A stretch of 64,000 nucleotides of DNA from positions 22,320,001 to 22,384,000 of the forward strand of contig NC_086106.1 in NCBI RefSeq assembly GCF_963921235.1, given 5' to 3'. The notes below the pieces were generated by a model, which worked only from the letters and a program-made list of their open reading frames with translations, made no database searches and was not told the DNA's origin. This stretch comes from Mobula hypostoma. Lineage: Eukaryota. Shown piece after piece: positions 38,068 to 51,658 of the stretch (position 1 is the stretch's first letter; each line of letters begins with the position of its first letter). The position numbers were made by a program, and so were the translations under genes.

Positions 38068-41000
38068 CTCACTGCAGCAGTTCGAGCGAGTGCTCTTGAG
38101 ATGGCGCCTTCAACAATGTGAGAATAAGAACAAATTAAGTTGACGGCAATTTTCAGGAAATCCATTGCAGACCAACTCTTCAGTAAATTTGACCAGTCGC
38201 TGTTTTTTTTTTCCCCGGAATGTGTGTTGGCGTTCGCCGTTCAATCTGTAAAGACTTTGAGATTCAATTTAATGCTATTAACAACAATATTATAGCTGCA
38301 AGAGCTTAGCTTTCAAAATACTGTTATACTTCCTGTTTCTCACTTGTACTTGTAGGGTGATCGACCTTCCTACGCGCTGTCATTATTTTCAAAGCGGGGC
38401 AGATAACGTTCCTTTATTTTTATCAAAGACTGTTTTTTGCTTCGTACGGCAAGATCAGCAGATCAACATACGGGGAACTGAATTTGAAATTCTAATTTCC
38501 CAAGCATTGCACCCTTATTTTCCCTCTTCATCGGGTATCTGTGCAGGAAATAATTTATTAATTAAGCGCAACTTCCAGTTGTGTCTACTTGCGTATAAAA
38601 ATTCCTTTCGTTATGTTCCAATGGGGTTTATACACTCATTTGCATCTGCCTGCTTTTGCTGGGGGACCTCATTTTTTTTTTCCAGAATCTCACAAACTCT
38701 TCCATGTTTATTGCCTAACTGATAAATGGAAGCCCTCTGTCCTTCATCATTTGTTCCCCGAACTCAGTGAATCGATGTAAAGGATTGTCGTATAAAAAAT
38801 ATTCTGTTTGTATATTGTTGGTATAAATACGGATGTGAATATGGTACGAATACAGAGTCGCGTATTTGGATGTCTTTGCACTGCTTTAAAAAAAAACTGT
38901 GAGTGAATAAATGAATTTTATTGGAGCAGTGTTGGCTGGCATATCGCATCGGACGCTGTTTGCACCGAGTTCCAAGTGTTTCCTTGAGACCGAATCAGTT
39001 TCAATAATACAGATATTTGAAATCAAGAACGAGTGCCGTCTCTGAGAAAGTCAAATGTCTGCGCTTTTAGATCGGACCTATGAATTAATTATTTAAATAT
39101 GCTATAGTTGTAAGTTCTCAATAATATCTTCCCAGAAGTAGGAAACTCATAGCAAACAGACGGCGGTGTAATCTGTTCTACCATACAATTTGCTGTCCAC
39201 CTTCTCGTCGGCTTCCCCTCTAGTAGTCTGCCGGTATCTTCTAATCAGGGACGATGCACTTTGTTTATCCAATCAGGTCTGGTATCATTGTTCTATACTC
39301 ACTCGTCAATGCAGCGCCTTTTGCTTCCGTATCCAGCTCCACGTTCTTTGTAGACGTCACATATATTCATATGATTTAGTCTGATATGGTTTTCGCTTCA
39401 GATTCTGAGATACTCTCTTCGAAATGCTCTCTATCTCGTTAGAGAATAAACAGTCTTAGTGCTGCTGCTCACAATGACTTCACAATCTGTCATATTGGTG
39501 ACGATATTGCGCCATTTCTCAGTTCAGGTGTTTCAAAATTCTGAAAAATATGCCGCAAAAGTCACATTCTCAGTATCGAGTCTGATTAGTACTGTCATGA
39601 CTTTATATGTTGAAAACAAAATCAACTCAGTCTGCTTTGACCAATATGTAAATAAATTCGGAGATAGAATTTATACGTTAAAGTGTTAAGTTTCATGGCG
39701 TTACGATATGCATTTAGCTCTTAATCGCACAAAAAAAAACAGACTAAGCCATCCATCCGAATTCATTTCAAATTATTAGAGGCAAGAGGCAATCTGAGAG
39801 ACCCTGAAATTTCCTAATTTTATCTTACCACACGACGACCCCTGGCCACCCAGTCTAGGAACCTAACACGCATTGCCAGGAAAGAATCTGAATAAATCAT
39901 TCACCATTAGCTGTCTTTAAACGCTTTACAGTTATGCTTTTTCATATTTGTGACATCAGACCTGGTATAAATCACTTTGGTTGTCCACTCTCCCTATGCT
40001 TACTATCATATTGAACCGTTCAATTCAAACACCTGTGACCCCTATTGTCTCCAAGGAAAAGATGCCGAGCTCGCCCAGCGTTTTCTTAAACGAGATGTAT
40101 TCTATTCCGAATATCAGACTGTTAAGACCCCTCTATATCCGTACTAAAGCTCCCATATCCTTCCTATCGAGATGCGACAAGAAATGGACACATTCTTACA
40201 ACACAAAGTTTGGTTTAAATACAATTTTACACAGCTGCAATATTACCTTATATTGTTCAGTTTCCCAACTAATGAGAGCCAAGACTCTATGGGATTCTAT
40301 GCATTTTATCAAACTTGCCATGCAGCCTTAAGGAGTCTATAAATGTTAAGCCCAAGGTTTCTCTGATCCTCAGCAGTTGATATTTTGCGAAAGAACCTCG
40401 TATTTTGCATCTCATATGGACATAACATGACAATTTTTTTCGCAGCTGCGCATTCCCTCAAAATCCCTCCACACCCTACGGCTAGAGTCTAAGTAGATCT
40501 TTGCATAGTACCTTATTTCCAACGTACCTTCTTAATCTATGCAATCTGTAAAGTTCCTTACGCTCTTTCCCAATTCCCCAGTAAGGCTATTATTAAAATC
40601 GTAAGCAGAAGTTTAGGATAGAACATATACCGACGGGGTACTTCTCATCAGACATCTCCATACGGATGCCTTCCAGTTACTAACAGTATATACCTTCCGT
40701 ATTACGATTTCAAGTAGTCAATTTTCCCTGCACATCATAAATTCCAAATCAGCGTACATGAGGATTTTTGACAAATACCTACGTGTTCTCGTGCAGTGTG
40801 TTGAAACTGTGACTAAACACCAAGTTAAACCCAAGCCAATGCAGATAGAGTAGTCCTAAGGCTAATCATTCAGTCTTCACTCTTCCACTTTAACATCGCA
40901 TGGTGAAAACTGTTGATAAAATAATACAAACATATACATTGTCCGTTTCATTCTTGAAACCACATTTGCATCGTAAGTACTTGTAAAAGTAAAACTATAA

Positions 41001-44000
41001 TAAACTGTATTACATAGGAGTCTCATTAAAGGTACAACATATAGGCCGAATCACTTCAGCATTTATGCAATGTATTGTCCATCAACGGTTCTAGGTAGAT
41101 TCTCAAAATTTTTTCCACTAGTGGGCATAGGTTTGAAAACAGTCGCTTTCGTCGCCTGCACCTTGCACCCTCTGGACGACACTGCTCTACAGACAAATTG
41201 GTGTTTCTGTCATTGAAATTGCTTCTAGCGGATATGTTGGGTGATTATCAAATTGGTGACAATTTCGTGACCAGAATCGACAACAAACCAGTCACTTATA
41301 TCCTGGTCTCGGAGGAATTCGATATCACAGTCCATAGTTTATTGGCGACGTTATTTGCCAGTAATATCAGTTTGAACTACCGGCTAGGAAGCCGGGACTT
41401 TGATACGGAGCCGTTCTACTGACGTTCCCATGAAGTGCCGGGAATAGCAAGGCTGGGGTCGGATGGAGCTGTGCATCATTTGTGAGCTTCTTGTTACGGC
41501 ATTCCACAAGCTTTCTGCAACTAGAACGTCCTGAATTGGAAATAGTTGCTTGCACTCAGCCCTGAAAAAAGTTGCAGCGAAGTGACCCTTCTACAGGTAC
41601 CATTTCGTCTGCTCTTGTGTAAAGGGATATAGCCCAGGTTAAAAAGTCGAAACACTCTACCATACCTCTACTGCTAAGAGCATGGAACAGACTCGATTAG
41701 TGAATCTCGGTTCTATAGAGGGTCACGGCTCTTCCAGACAAGTCCGAGCGTTCCTATATGGCTTTATCTGGGTTGTTTTGAAGTCACTTCATGCTGTTTA
41801 GTAATCATAGAGAAACATACCTGCGGGGACTGGGATCTTTCCTGCGGATCCCAGCTTTTTATGTGGCCATGTAGCCATGAGACAGAATGGAGTATTTTCA
41901 ATTTTCTCTTTGTATTTTCTCTGCCGTAATAGGCAGACATTGATTTCGTGTTACGGAGAATGTTTCAAGAGCACTGAATACTTTGCAATTGTTTTAGGTA
42001 TTTCCATTTACAAGGGTAAATTGGACAATACATTATCATGATTATGGACTCTAGTTTGTTTTATGATCGGTAATGAGGGTAAACGTATTCCCATATAAGC
42101 ACTAGTTATTTTTTTATGTTATACGTTTCTCAAGGCCGCTCTCCCCATCTGTGCCAATCTTTGCTGCCATACGAGATCGTCATGTAATGCCCATGTTGCT
42201 TTCATTCCATCACGCATCATTTGTGATATGACTGCACGTAGAAAGAAAGTAATCACAGGCAAGATTGATAGAACAAAATGTTACGTAGTGTTAGCCTGCA
42301 GTGAGGGTCTCTCCACATTTATTTCAGAAAAAGTGACAGCAAGGGCTTTGAAAGTGGGAGGGGGAGGAGAGACCCTAAATGATAGGAGAAGACGGGTAAA
42401 ACGTGGATATGAAGCCAACGGCTGGGAAGTTGATTGGCAGAGGTCTACAAGGATGAAGAAGAGGGAGTATCATGGGAAGCAAGGCCTTAGAAGTAAGAAA
42501 GAAAGAGGGAGGAGAGCACCAGAGGAAGATGGAGAACAGGCAAGGAAATATTGTTAGAGGGAATAATTTGTTTGTAAGCATTTTCTAGTTAAAGTTAAAG
42601 TTTGGTAACGACGTTACAGTTTAACAAAAGGTAAAATGCATTGTTTATGGTATATTGCGGCATATGATGATGTCTCAGTAGGTTTCGCCGCGTCCTTCGT
42701 GTAACTTCCAATTCGGAGAAGGACAAAAGTTGGGGTCCCATGCGTGTAACATGAACGTGAAAAGCTCCATGTCTACCCGCAAAGAAACATTATAGAAACA
42801 ACGCCGTAAATTCATATGACAGTAGACATGTTGAAGTAAAAAAATATTAATGCGGATTCTGTTAAGGGAAACGATGGTTGATGAGGTTTATTACTTGTGC
42901 CATTGTGAGCATTGGTAGAAAACTTGTGGTGCAGTCTTCCTAAAACCATTGATGGTCAATACACTGCATAAATGCTTAAGCAGATTCTGGCTAAAAGTTG
43001 TACCTTTGATGAGACTCATTTTTAATTCAGATTGATAGAGTTTTATTTTTACAATATTTACGATGCAAACGTGTTCTGAAAAAATGAAGCAGGCACTGAA
43101 TATGTTTGTATTATTTTATTAGCAGTATTCACCATACGATGTTAATGTGGAACAGTGAACAGTAAATGGTTAACCTGACGACGACTCTGTCTTCATTGGC
43201 TCCGGTTTAACTTGGTGTTTAATCAGAGTTTCAACTCACTGCACAAGAACATTAAAGTGAAAAGAATGAATCATTAGATGTTTCGACAAATGGTACGATG
43301 ACTTTGTGATCAAGCACCAAGTCGTTTGCATCCAGCGCCAAGTGCAGTAGGACGTCGGCAAGTGTGGCTGCCCTTATAACACCTAAAGCAGAAGCCGTCA
43401 AGTGCTAGCGTCGTAGGCTAAGCAAGAGGCTAAACTGAAAATGGAAAAGGCTGCCAGAGAAGCGGAAAATTAGTTGGAAGAGCACGGATAGATATAGAGT
43501 TAGAAGTGCTGTTGCTACAACGAGATGCTGATGCAGCCGCAGTGGAAGCACAAGTGTCGGAAAATGCTGAAGAAATGCACTTTCAGCATGAAACACTAAC
43601 ATCGATATCAGAAAGAGCCAAATCGGAACGCACCAGGGAATATTTCTAATCTCACATTGACCTGCAGGTTCATTCTCGTTCTCCATACCTGCCTGTTGCC
43701 GTTCTATCTCATGTGAAATCACGGGGCAGCTTCGTTGCATCGCGTCCACCTGGGGAAGACAACTCACAACTGAAAACTTGCAACACACTTAGATATGAGA
43801 GGGCTGACTATAGATACTCCCCGACACCAAACTTAACAGATCCGGCGAGAGCTGAGACAAAGGCTGAGGTCAGAGCATCAAATGCGATCATGAACGTACA
43901 TGCTCACTCACATGTCCCCAGCATATTCCCCCAGCTAGCACGCCACCAGCAGCAGAACCCTTGATACAGTATTTAGCGCAACGAGACCTCGCCAATTCAG

Positions 44001-44874
44001 GACTGTACCATCCTGACAACAAGCCTGAAAATTACAGTGCATGGTACTCATCATTCACCAGAGCAGCCGGCGGAATCCAGCTGACAGCAACCCATGAGTT
44101 GGACCTTATGACTAAATGGCTGGGAAATAAATCAAATGAACAGGTGAAACGCATACGCTCATGTACGTCAACAACACCAATCTATCTTTACAGAAACCAT
44201 GGTTGGAGACTTCGGGACTGCTAAGCGGCCCCTGCTATTATTGAGAAGCCGCTATTTCAATGGCTGGACATTTTTTTCTGGGGTGTCAGCCAATGACCAC
44301 ACGGAATTACGAAAATTCGGAGATTCACTCATGGAGATTGAAGGTGCTAAAGAAGACGGCTATTTAATTGGTCTGCCGTATCTGGATACTTCACGCGGAA
44401 TTGGAGCAATTGTGGACAAACTTCTATTTTGGCTGCTGGAAAGTTGGGTGTCTATTGGCTCAGGATACAAGGAAGAGAACGGTCATCCATTCTTTCCCTT
44501 TGTGTACTTATTAGGTTTGTGTGCAAAGAGGAGAAGGAGCAAAACGACCCTAGCTTCATGAATCAAGGTAGCTCCACAACTCAATTGAAGCCAGTCAAAT
44601 CATTTTGAACAATTTTAACATCAATAACCCGTATCAGTACACAAAATCGAAGTCGCCACAACCAATGATGACCCTAGCAAAAATTGTCCATTGCACAACA
44701 AACCCCACCCCCTCAGAAATGCTGAATGTTTAAAAACAAACCCGTTGACGAAAGAAATTCCCTTTGTCAAGGAAAAAAGAATATGTTTTAAGTGCTGTTC
44801 CTCTATCTCCAACATCGCGCGTTGTGAGCATTTCTACTTGTGCGATGGTGTGTCGGCATCGCTGGGCAATTCGG

Positions 44875-45270
44875 GTACGACGCGCATGCGCACACACCTG
44901 CCCGCGCAAGGCTTCATGGTCATAGTAGTCCATATGGGAAACAAGAAGTGGCGTCATTTTTAGTAAAAGCGAAATGTGTCCTCCGTAATTTCGGAGGCTT
45001 GTAAAGCTTTATTGAGGCATTGCAACCAAATTTGCTTCCCTGCCCTTCTGCCGCCCAATGAGAAGCTATTGCAGCGTAGGATGAAATACAATGCTACCCA
45101 GCGGACCAATCACAGTTCTTAGACGGTCTGCTTTGTCGCGACGAGCGGTTAATTTTGTGTTTTGCGTTGCTGCATCGCCGACTCAGGCGTAGGGTTGCGC
45201 GTCGGTTTTGCGTACGTTTTGCGGCGACGCAGACCTCCGACGACGCCTTGACGCAGAAGAATAAACAAGG
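44875..45270. mobile_element. Non-autonomous repeat inserted in the BEL coding region
   Basis: Interrupts the BEL frame after the zinc knuckle. Shares gcccgcgcaaggcttcatggtcat with the MITE at ~19799-19822 and ends ...gacgcagaagaataaacaagg. Confidence 0.45.
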
Positions 45271-46678
45271 TTTTTAAGGAGTGTATGTTCTCCGTGAAGT
45301 ACTCGGAATGCAACAGCTTATATCACAATGGGGCCATACATCCAGACCCATCACCGCAAAATGCCAAAGCACATTCACTGTCTCAACAGAACGGCGGGGA
45401 GGGAGAGGATCACTCCAACCTAACTACTGTCAGCTCAAGCTGCAGAGAAGTTTGCGGTCCAGGTCCGTCCAGCCGTTCGTGCTAAAAAAATCTGCCGCAC
45501 TCAGGTATAACCTAAGGGAGCCAAAGAAAAGGCCATCGAAGCCTATGTAAATCTGGACGACAAGAAAAACCACTCACTGGTCAGAACAGAGTTGTTCGAG
45601 TTCTTCGGCGTAGAGAGTAATCCTTTCCCATGCTACCTTAGGACTTGCTCTGGCATTGCAGAAACGTATGGCAGGAAGGCAGAAGGCTTCCAGCTCGAGT
45701 CGCTGAATGACAAAGTTGTCATCTGTCTCCATCCACTCTTAAAGTGCAAGGAGATCTTGAATAACCGATCCGAGATTCGGACGCCAAGCGCAGTGCTACA
45801 CCAGCCCAATGTCTACCACATTGCCAAGGACATCCCATAACAGGATCCAATAGCAGAAATACTCCTGCTACTCGGAAGAGACGTTCTTAGGATGCACAAA
45901 GTCAGGCATCAGGCCAATGGACCACACAACGACCACTTCGACCAACGCCTGGATCTGAGCTGGGTGCTGATAGGGGAGGTGTGCCTTGGCAACGTACACA
46001 AACCGACCGATAACACGCTCAAGACGAACGTGCTACAGAGTGGCCGCCATTCATGTTTTCAGCCCTGCACAAGCGTCATGTGTGTCAAGGAAGCACAACG
46101 AAAGCACAAGCATAGTAAAGTGACTGAGAACACACTGAGACAGGCAGTCTTCACTCAAACTGAGCACGACAATGACTTGCTCCATCTGTAGAAGACGTCA
46201 TCTTTTTAAAAAAGTAATGGAACTAAGGTCTTCAGAGACGAAGCAAACAATTGGGTCGTCCCACTACTGTTCAGCGGTGAACGCTGGCGCTTACAAAGCA
46301 ACAAAGAGCAGGCAGTCATGAAGGCCTTTCCACCCGATGACAGTGCTCCAGCGATCAAGGACATAGATTTAGGTGGAGACACTATACATACACAAATGAG
46401 TTTGGGTCACCTTTGGGAGATCAGGACCGATACATTCATGTTCTCCGTGCCGTCAACCAACAAACCATTCAACCGCCGTGGAGTTCTGTCCACTGTCAAC
46501 ATTATTTTATATCCTCTGGATCTACTGGCACCGTTTACGATCCAGAGAAGAGACCTTCTCAGAGAACGTTCCTCCGAGAACTCCGACCGGGACTCTCCGC
46601 GACCAGAAAGACAAACTAAGCAGTTGGGAAGTTTGGAGAAATTCACTTCAAGAACTAAGACAGCTTCATGTCAAACAT

Positions 46679-47629
46679 GGTGTTCCCCGCTCTCATAAAC
46701 GAAGCAATAGAAACCTGGATTGGTCTTGATAATAAAGAACCCGCACAATACTTTGAGAACCTTGTATCCAGTTTAAAGGGAATTGGTGAAATTGTCCATA
46801 TTTACCTGATTGGAAAAGAAGGCAATCAGACACTCCCACGGGTAGTCTCTTTGCACTGTGCTGATGATGCAATCAGTGTCAGTGGGCAAAATCAATTGCG
46901 CCAGCTTTCAGCAAAATCAACTGCTGCTTGCCAGCATGGAACTGACCTGACTGTTGTAGGTGGCCACATCCCACGAAGCATGTGGAGGTGCAACATGGAG
47001 ACAATGATCTGGAAACAATGCACGTCACTGCCAAGAGATCGTCTTCATCCGTCCCAAGTGAAGATAGCATTTATTCATTGGATGGAAAACTGTTCCGTAT
47101 ACATATTCTAGTGCTGTCATTATTATGTGGTCTGTAATAATATGTAGGTTGAAACAAGCAAACTGGAGACTGCAGTGTGTCGGGCTTCTGGCCTTAACCT
47201 TAATGAAACTATCTATCTAATGGATGAGGAAGAGAATGACCTGGAGTACTTTACCAAACCATCTTGTCTCATTCGGTGTTTTGACACACGTTCCAGGACA
47301 TGCCAGTTAAAGCCCAATCTTCTCCCTTTTACAGGCCGTATGCATGCTATTATTCACAAGGACCTGTTTTTATAGTAGCTGAGGGAGATTCTCTGATATG
47401 TTACAATCCGCTGCTTGACAGTTTCACCGGACTGCGCTTCCCAGAGTTTTGGAGTCCTGTGCCCTCCTTGTGTAAGATTGCCAGCTGCAATGGGTGTATT
47501 TCTGTTTGCAGAGATAAGTGTAAAAGGGGTAATTTCAGAACATTAAAACGGAACCCAGCCACATGAGTAGTATGAGTGATAAGTGGAATGGAGATATTGC
47601 TGACAGATTGGCAATTTGTTTTGGCGTGA
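46679..47629 (+). pseudogene. KBTBD4: KBTBD4 (kelch repeat and BTB domain containing 4) 3'-fragment retrocopy, degraded
   Basis: Peptides across frames match vertebrate KBTBD4 as remembered: GVPRSH..EAIETWI..SLKGIGEIVHIYLIGKE..VSLHCADDAISVSGQN..TAACQHG.DL.VVGGHIPRSMWRCN..LPRDRL; EDSIYSLDGK; ETSKLETAV; ENDLEYFTKPSCLIRCFDT; LPFTGRMHA..HKDL; VAEGDSLICYNPLLDSFT; KIASCNG; ending LLTDWQFVLA-TGA (47627-47629). Multiple frameshifts and stops; BTB/BACK N-terminus absent. Confidence 0.9.
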
Positions 47630-48449
47630 TTCTAATCAAGTACAGTAAACTGCAGTTATTTTTTTGTCGGATTTAATTTGTTGCGTGCACAAAACAGTTT
47701 TTTAACTTCTGCAGATAACAACAAAATTTCAGTCCGATGTATATTCTCTCAGATATTAATTGACCTAAACAATGTCCAACTATTGTCATGTTGTATTCCA
47801 GACGGAGACCAGTTGCAGAGGTCGTTCTAATTCTACATAAATATTGATCTAGAGACTAACGTTTAACACCAAGTTCATAGTGACATCACAATGGTCAGGT
47901 CGGGAGTGTGTTCCCTTAAGGCATTCATTTAACTTTACTAAATCTCTGCTTTAAATAATTCGCTTATAACTGTTTTGTAGTTGTAGTTAAAGGATGATAA
48001 CTACGTTACAGTTTGACAAAAGATTAAAAAAAAATCATTGTCTATGGTACATCGCGGCATGTGATGACATCACCTCCGGTTTCGCTGCGTCTTGTGATTA
48101 ACTTCCAGTTGGCAGAAAGAGAAAGGGTGGGGTCACGCGTGTGCAGCATGAACGTGAAAAGCTCCATGTCTACCCACAAAGAAACATTACAGAGGCAACG
48201 ACATAAGTTCTGGTGACGGTAGACATGTTGAAGTAAGTTTATTAACGCTGCTCTGTTAAAGGCTCAGAACAGCTTAAATAAACTTGGCCAACTTCTACTG
48301 TTGTCCTCCTTCCTTTCGTCGCCAAGCAAGATAAACACAGAGAGGTTGATTCAAAGAGTGGCGTACTTTGCCGTCGTCCTTCATGAGCCTCCAGGTGTAT
48401 CCTCAAAAGCTAAGGTACGTGATTAGCATACTCGCAGTCTTGGCCATGG

Positions 48450-51400
48450 CCATGTTTGACAGCTTCTATCTTGGACGGATCCGTATCTACTCAGTCTCGT
48501 GAGTGCCCAAAGTAGTTGACACGCATTTGCAGAACAGGGCACTTGTTCAGTTACAGTTTTAACCATTCCGCTTTCAAGCGGCCTCATATCTTCACTAGCC
48601 TCGGCTTGCACACATTCTGATTGGGAACGGACAATATGTGATCAACCAGGTACATCAGTTCATGTGTCCACATTCTTCTCCAAGATGCGTGGAATCGAGG
48701 CTGGTCCACCTGAAATGTCCTGGGGCATTCTTTGAAATTGGAAGATTGCAATTTCATATACAAATATCGTTTTCTGTTTGTGAACTTCACCCATGGATAT
48801 ATGATAATACTCACTCCTTAGATACAGCACAAGGAGCAATTTCGCCCCCAGGGGTAGGCCATCGAATCCTCAATGCGGAATAGTATACTGATCGGTTCAA
48901 TAAGCGAAATTCAACACACAATGCGCACTGTCACGTGTCTCTTAGTCACAACAACCATGGAGGACAAATAGGAACTCCATGACTCAGTGATAATGCCAGC
49001 TTCCTTCTGTTTCAGCAGATGCTGCCGAACATCCACCACCTATGCTTTCTCTGAGAATGATCCCCTCTGTCACTTGGATGCTGCGGGGTGTACACTTGAA
49101 ACAACGCACATCAACCCCTCTGTAGAAAAGACATTTTCGAAATTTAACATTTATCCATCCATCTCTTTTTCCAATCGTCAGGTATCGGGGAAGCACTAAA
49201 TTTGAATAACTTGCCTGTCAATGTCTCTGTTCCAAAAAATTGTCCCCTCCTGGTTTTCTTAAATAAACACACGGCGTTACAGCTACAGGGGAAAAAAAAG
49301 TGACAACAAGGAGGGCCTCGATATCAGGCCTTCTGGGGAATTTCGGATATCTCGTCACTTCGTCATTCTAACTACATTCCCAGGCCAAAATACGAAAGTT
49401 TTGTGCGATGTGTACAACTAATTTTCTAATTTCCGCTGATCTTCCTGCCAAAGATGGTTTTGCAATTTCTTAAAATATTTCTGCACTCCGGGTTGATAGC
49501 CAAGCTTTTAAGTAAACGTTCTCCAACTTTCTTCTTGCAAAGTCCAATTGGCCTCCTCACAATAGGAGTATCTGCTCCTAGAAGAAATGAAGCTTCACCC
49601 TACTCAATCGAAAGCCGGTCAGTCTAACATTAAATATCAAGTGGCTCAGCTACTCCAATACGTGCCTCGAAATCTGCAGCTTCAACGACAAAAAACTATC
49701 ATACTGGTAGACATAACCACAAAGGCCCAAAATCTCCAGTGTACCAGGTGACGTCAATGATAGGTGTTTTGAAATATCTGTTGCAGAATGATCTACACGG
49801 TAAAATAAAGTGAGTGCCTACTTCAAGTGTGGGTCTAGCAAAACATCGTTCAATCTGTCGCGATACGCTGGAGTTTGGACAACTACACCTTCAGAAAAAG
49901 GGTTTCGCACAGTGCAATGCTGCTTGATACGTTGATTGCAGCGTCCACACCCCCCGCTACAACCCGCGAGACACCGGGACGTTCCCTTAGTTGGTCTCTC
50001 CATGGTGTCCTGCTTTGACCTTCTGTTTAAGCGACCGTTGATTGAGATTCTGAACTTTTTTCCGTACGTTGCATTATCATTTGAAATGTCGATTCTCATC
50101 ATAGTTACACAGACAATACCGACCGTTCCCCGTTTCAAAGGGACAGTTCAGTAGCAGCCGTCTGCTTAGTACGTCCAAACAGCTGGATCGGCTCCCTGTC
50201 GGCTTTCACACGCTTGATGGTAGGACCTGCCGATATCATCCGGGATACATCGGCTGTATAATATTTCACGAAATCCTGTGAAACTTCTATTGCGTGACAA
50301 CAGGGGTCTGTTCCGCAACAAAGGCCACTACCGAGGAATGTGCCCTGCTGACGGAGGCCTCCTGCTCCTTCAGCACGTTTATCCATTTCTTACCTAGCTG
50401 ATCAGTTCAAGAAACGTGGAGGGGGCGCATCCTCCGGTAAATAGAGTCGCTTAATGAGTCATATAACTTGCCTGGGCGCCCTTTCGCCATTCAGCCAAAT
50501 GAAAGTCTCCTTTCAGCCTCAAGCAAAGCAGCTGTCTGTCTAGTGGGAAAAGTGTAGTCAGAATGCTAAAACAAAAAAAGCAAATATCCGATATAAGCTT
50601 CATTGCACTTCCCGTCGTGGCGAAAACGCTTTCTAGCGCTTGCAAGTTGCACGTAGAAGTGGGGAATTATTTGTCCTTCTTCAATAAGCTTACTATTTCA
50701 GCAGCCAGACCCTTCAGACTCTCTGCCAGTCGCTGTATTTTCACATTATCGGAGCACTGCCACTAATCCAGTATGTTAGATGTCTACTCCGCCGAAGCCA
50801 CATATTTTCTCCTATCCCTCGCGGTTCATCTCAGATCCAAGAAAATACTAAGCCTACGCTAAACTCGACTCTCTGCTCGCGGACTTTGCCATTATCCACC
50901 GAGAGCGCAATTGCCGATACAAATCAGATGTTTTTAACCGACGCAGAAGCACTTACTGGACAACATGTCCAGTTCACTCGGCAGAAACGAGAGTTAAAAC
51001 CTCCCCATCACCTACGAGTGTCTCAACTTCCAGTTCTGCACCCTTGCCGACACTCTCCGATTCACTGATGACCTCTCCTCTCCCGGAACCCCAAGTACAA
51101 CATGCAGATCCACTCCCTCTATGTCATTGTTAGTCTGAACTAAACCAACATCTTTGCCCGCTGTTGGTCCTAGCTGCCATTCTCTGATTGTTACTTCCGG
51201 AATAATGGAACGGAACTTAACACTCTCATCAGTACTTCATCTGATGATACCCATTCTGTTCCTCACAGCAGCCTTATTTTCGTGTAATCCCTTTTAAGTC
51301 GCACCAATACTTGATCGCTGGGGCATACATTACCATATACTGTAATCACTTATTAAGTTCCAGGCGAGTCCCCCGAATGACAACAGTTTGTGATCATTGT

Positions 51401-51450
51401 CCCTGGAGATGCAGCTCGATTACGCCTCGCTAACAAGAACCACCTCAGCG
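48450..51450 (-). mobile_element. Very old CR1-like remnants (endonuclease and ORF1 parts), possibly mixed with other repeats
   Basis: Scattered CR1-like motifs on the minus strand only; no coherent ORF. Confidence 0.3.
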
Positions 51451-51658
51451 GTGAGAGAACCGCCCAAAAGAATCGTGACGAGGTCGGTATGACTTTCGTA
51501 CCACTGAAACCGTGATGTATTAATCTGACGCCCAAGTGAACCCTGATTTATCTGAATGCTGTGTAAAAGACATCCGCATACAATTTTCCGTCAGAAAGAA
51601 ATACTTGATCGCGAATGGTATAAAATCTTACAAAATGTGATGTGTTTGGTATTTCCTC

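Larger units (their letters stand above)
42562..48337 (+). mobile_element. Decayed BEL/Pao LTR retrotransposon carrying a captured host-gene fragment
   Basis: LTR-like direct repeats at ~42562-42868 and ~47954-48262. Gag-like QYLAQRDLANSGLY...ELDLMTKWLG and LPYLDTSRGIGAIVDKL, zinc knuckle CPLHNKPH...ICFKCC, protease region AYVNLDD..HSLV, and Pao-type SLGHLWEIRTDTF...RRGVLSTVN...PLDLLAPFTI. The integrase C-terminal tail RPVAEVVLIL* (47806-47847) is followed by PPT-like caggtcgggagtg and TGTT at 47909. The RT core is missing (deleted near 46317). Confidence 0.85.

Noticed and set aside
37656-38165. 169-aa minus-strand ORF
   Set aside because: It is the antisense shadow of the V-c exon; the + strand carries the splice sites, V motifs and RSS.
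43405-43788. 127-aa minus-strand ORF
   Set aside because: Antisense to the decayed BEL gag on the + strand.
46668-47111. 147-aa ORF as a functional KBTBD4 or BEL-KBTBD4 fusion protein
   Set aside because: The surrounding KBTBD4 sequence has several frameshifts and stops, and there is no BTB domain or evident promoter; treated as a pseudogene.
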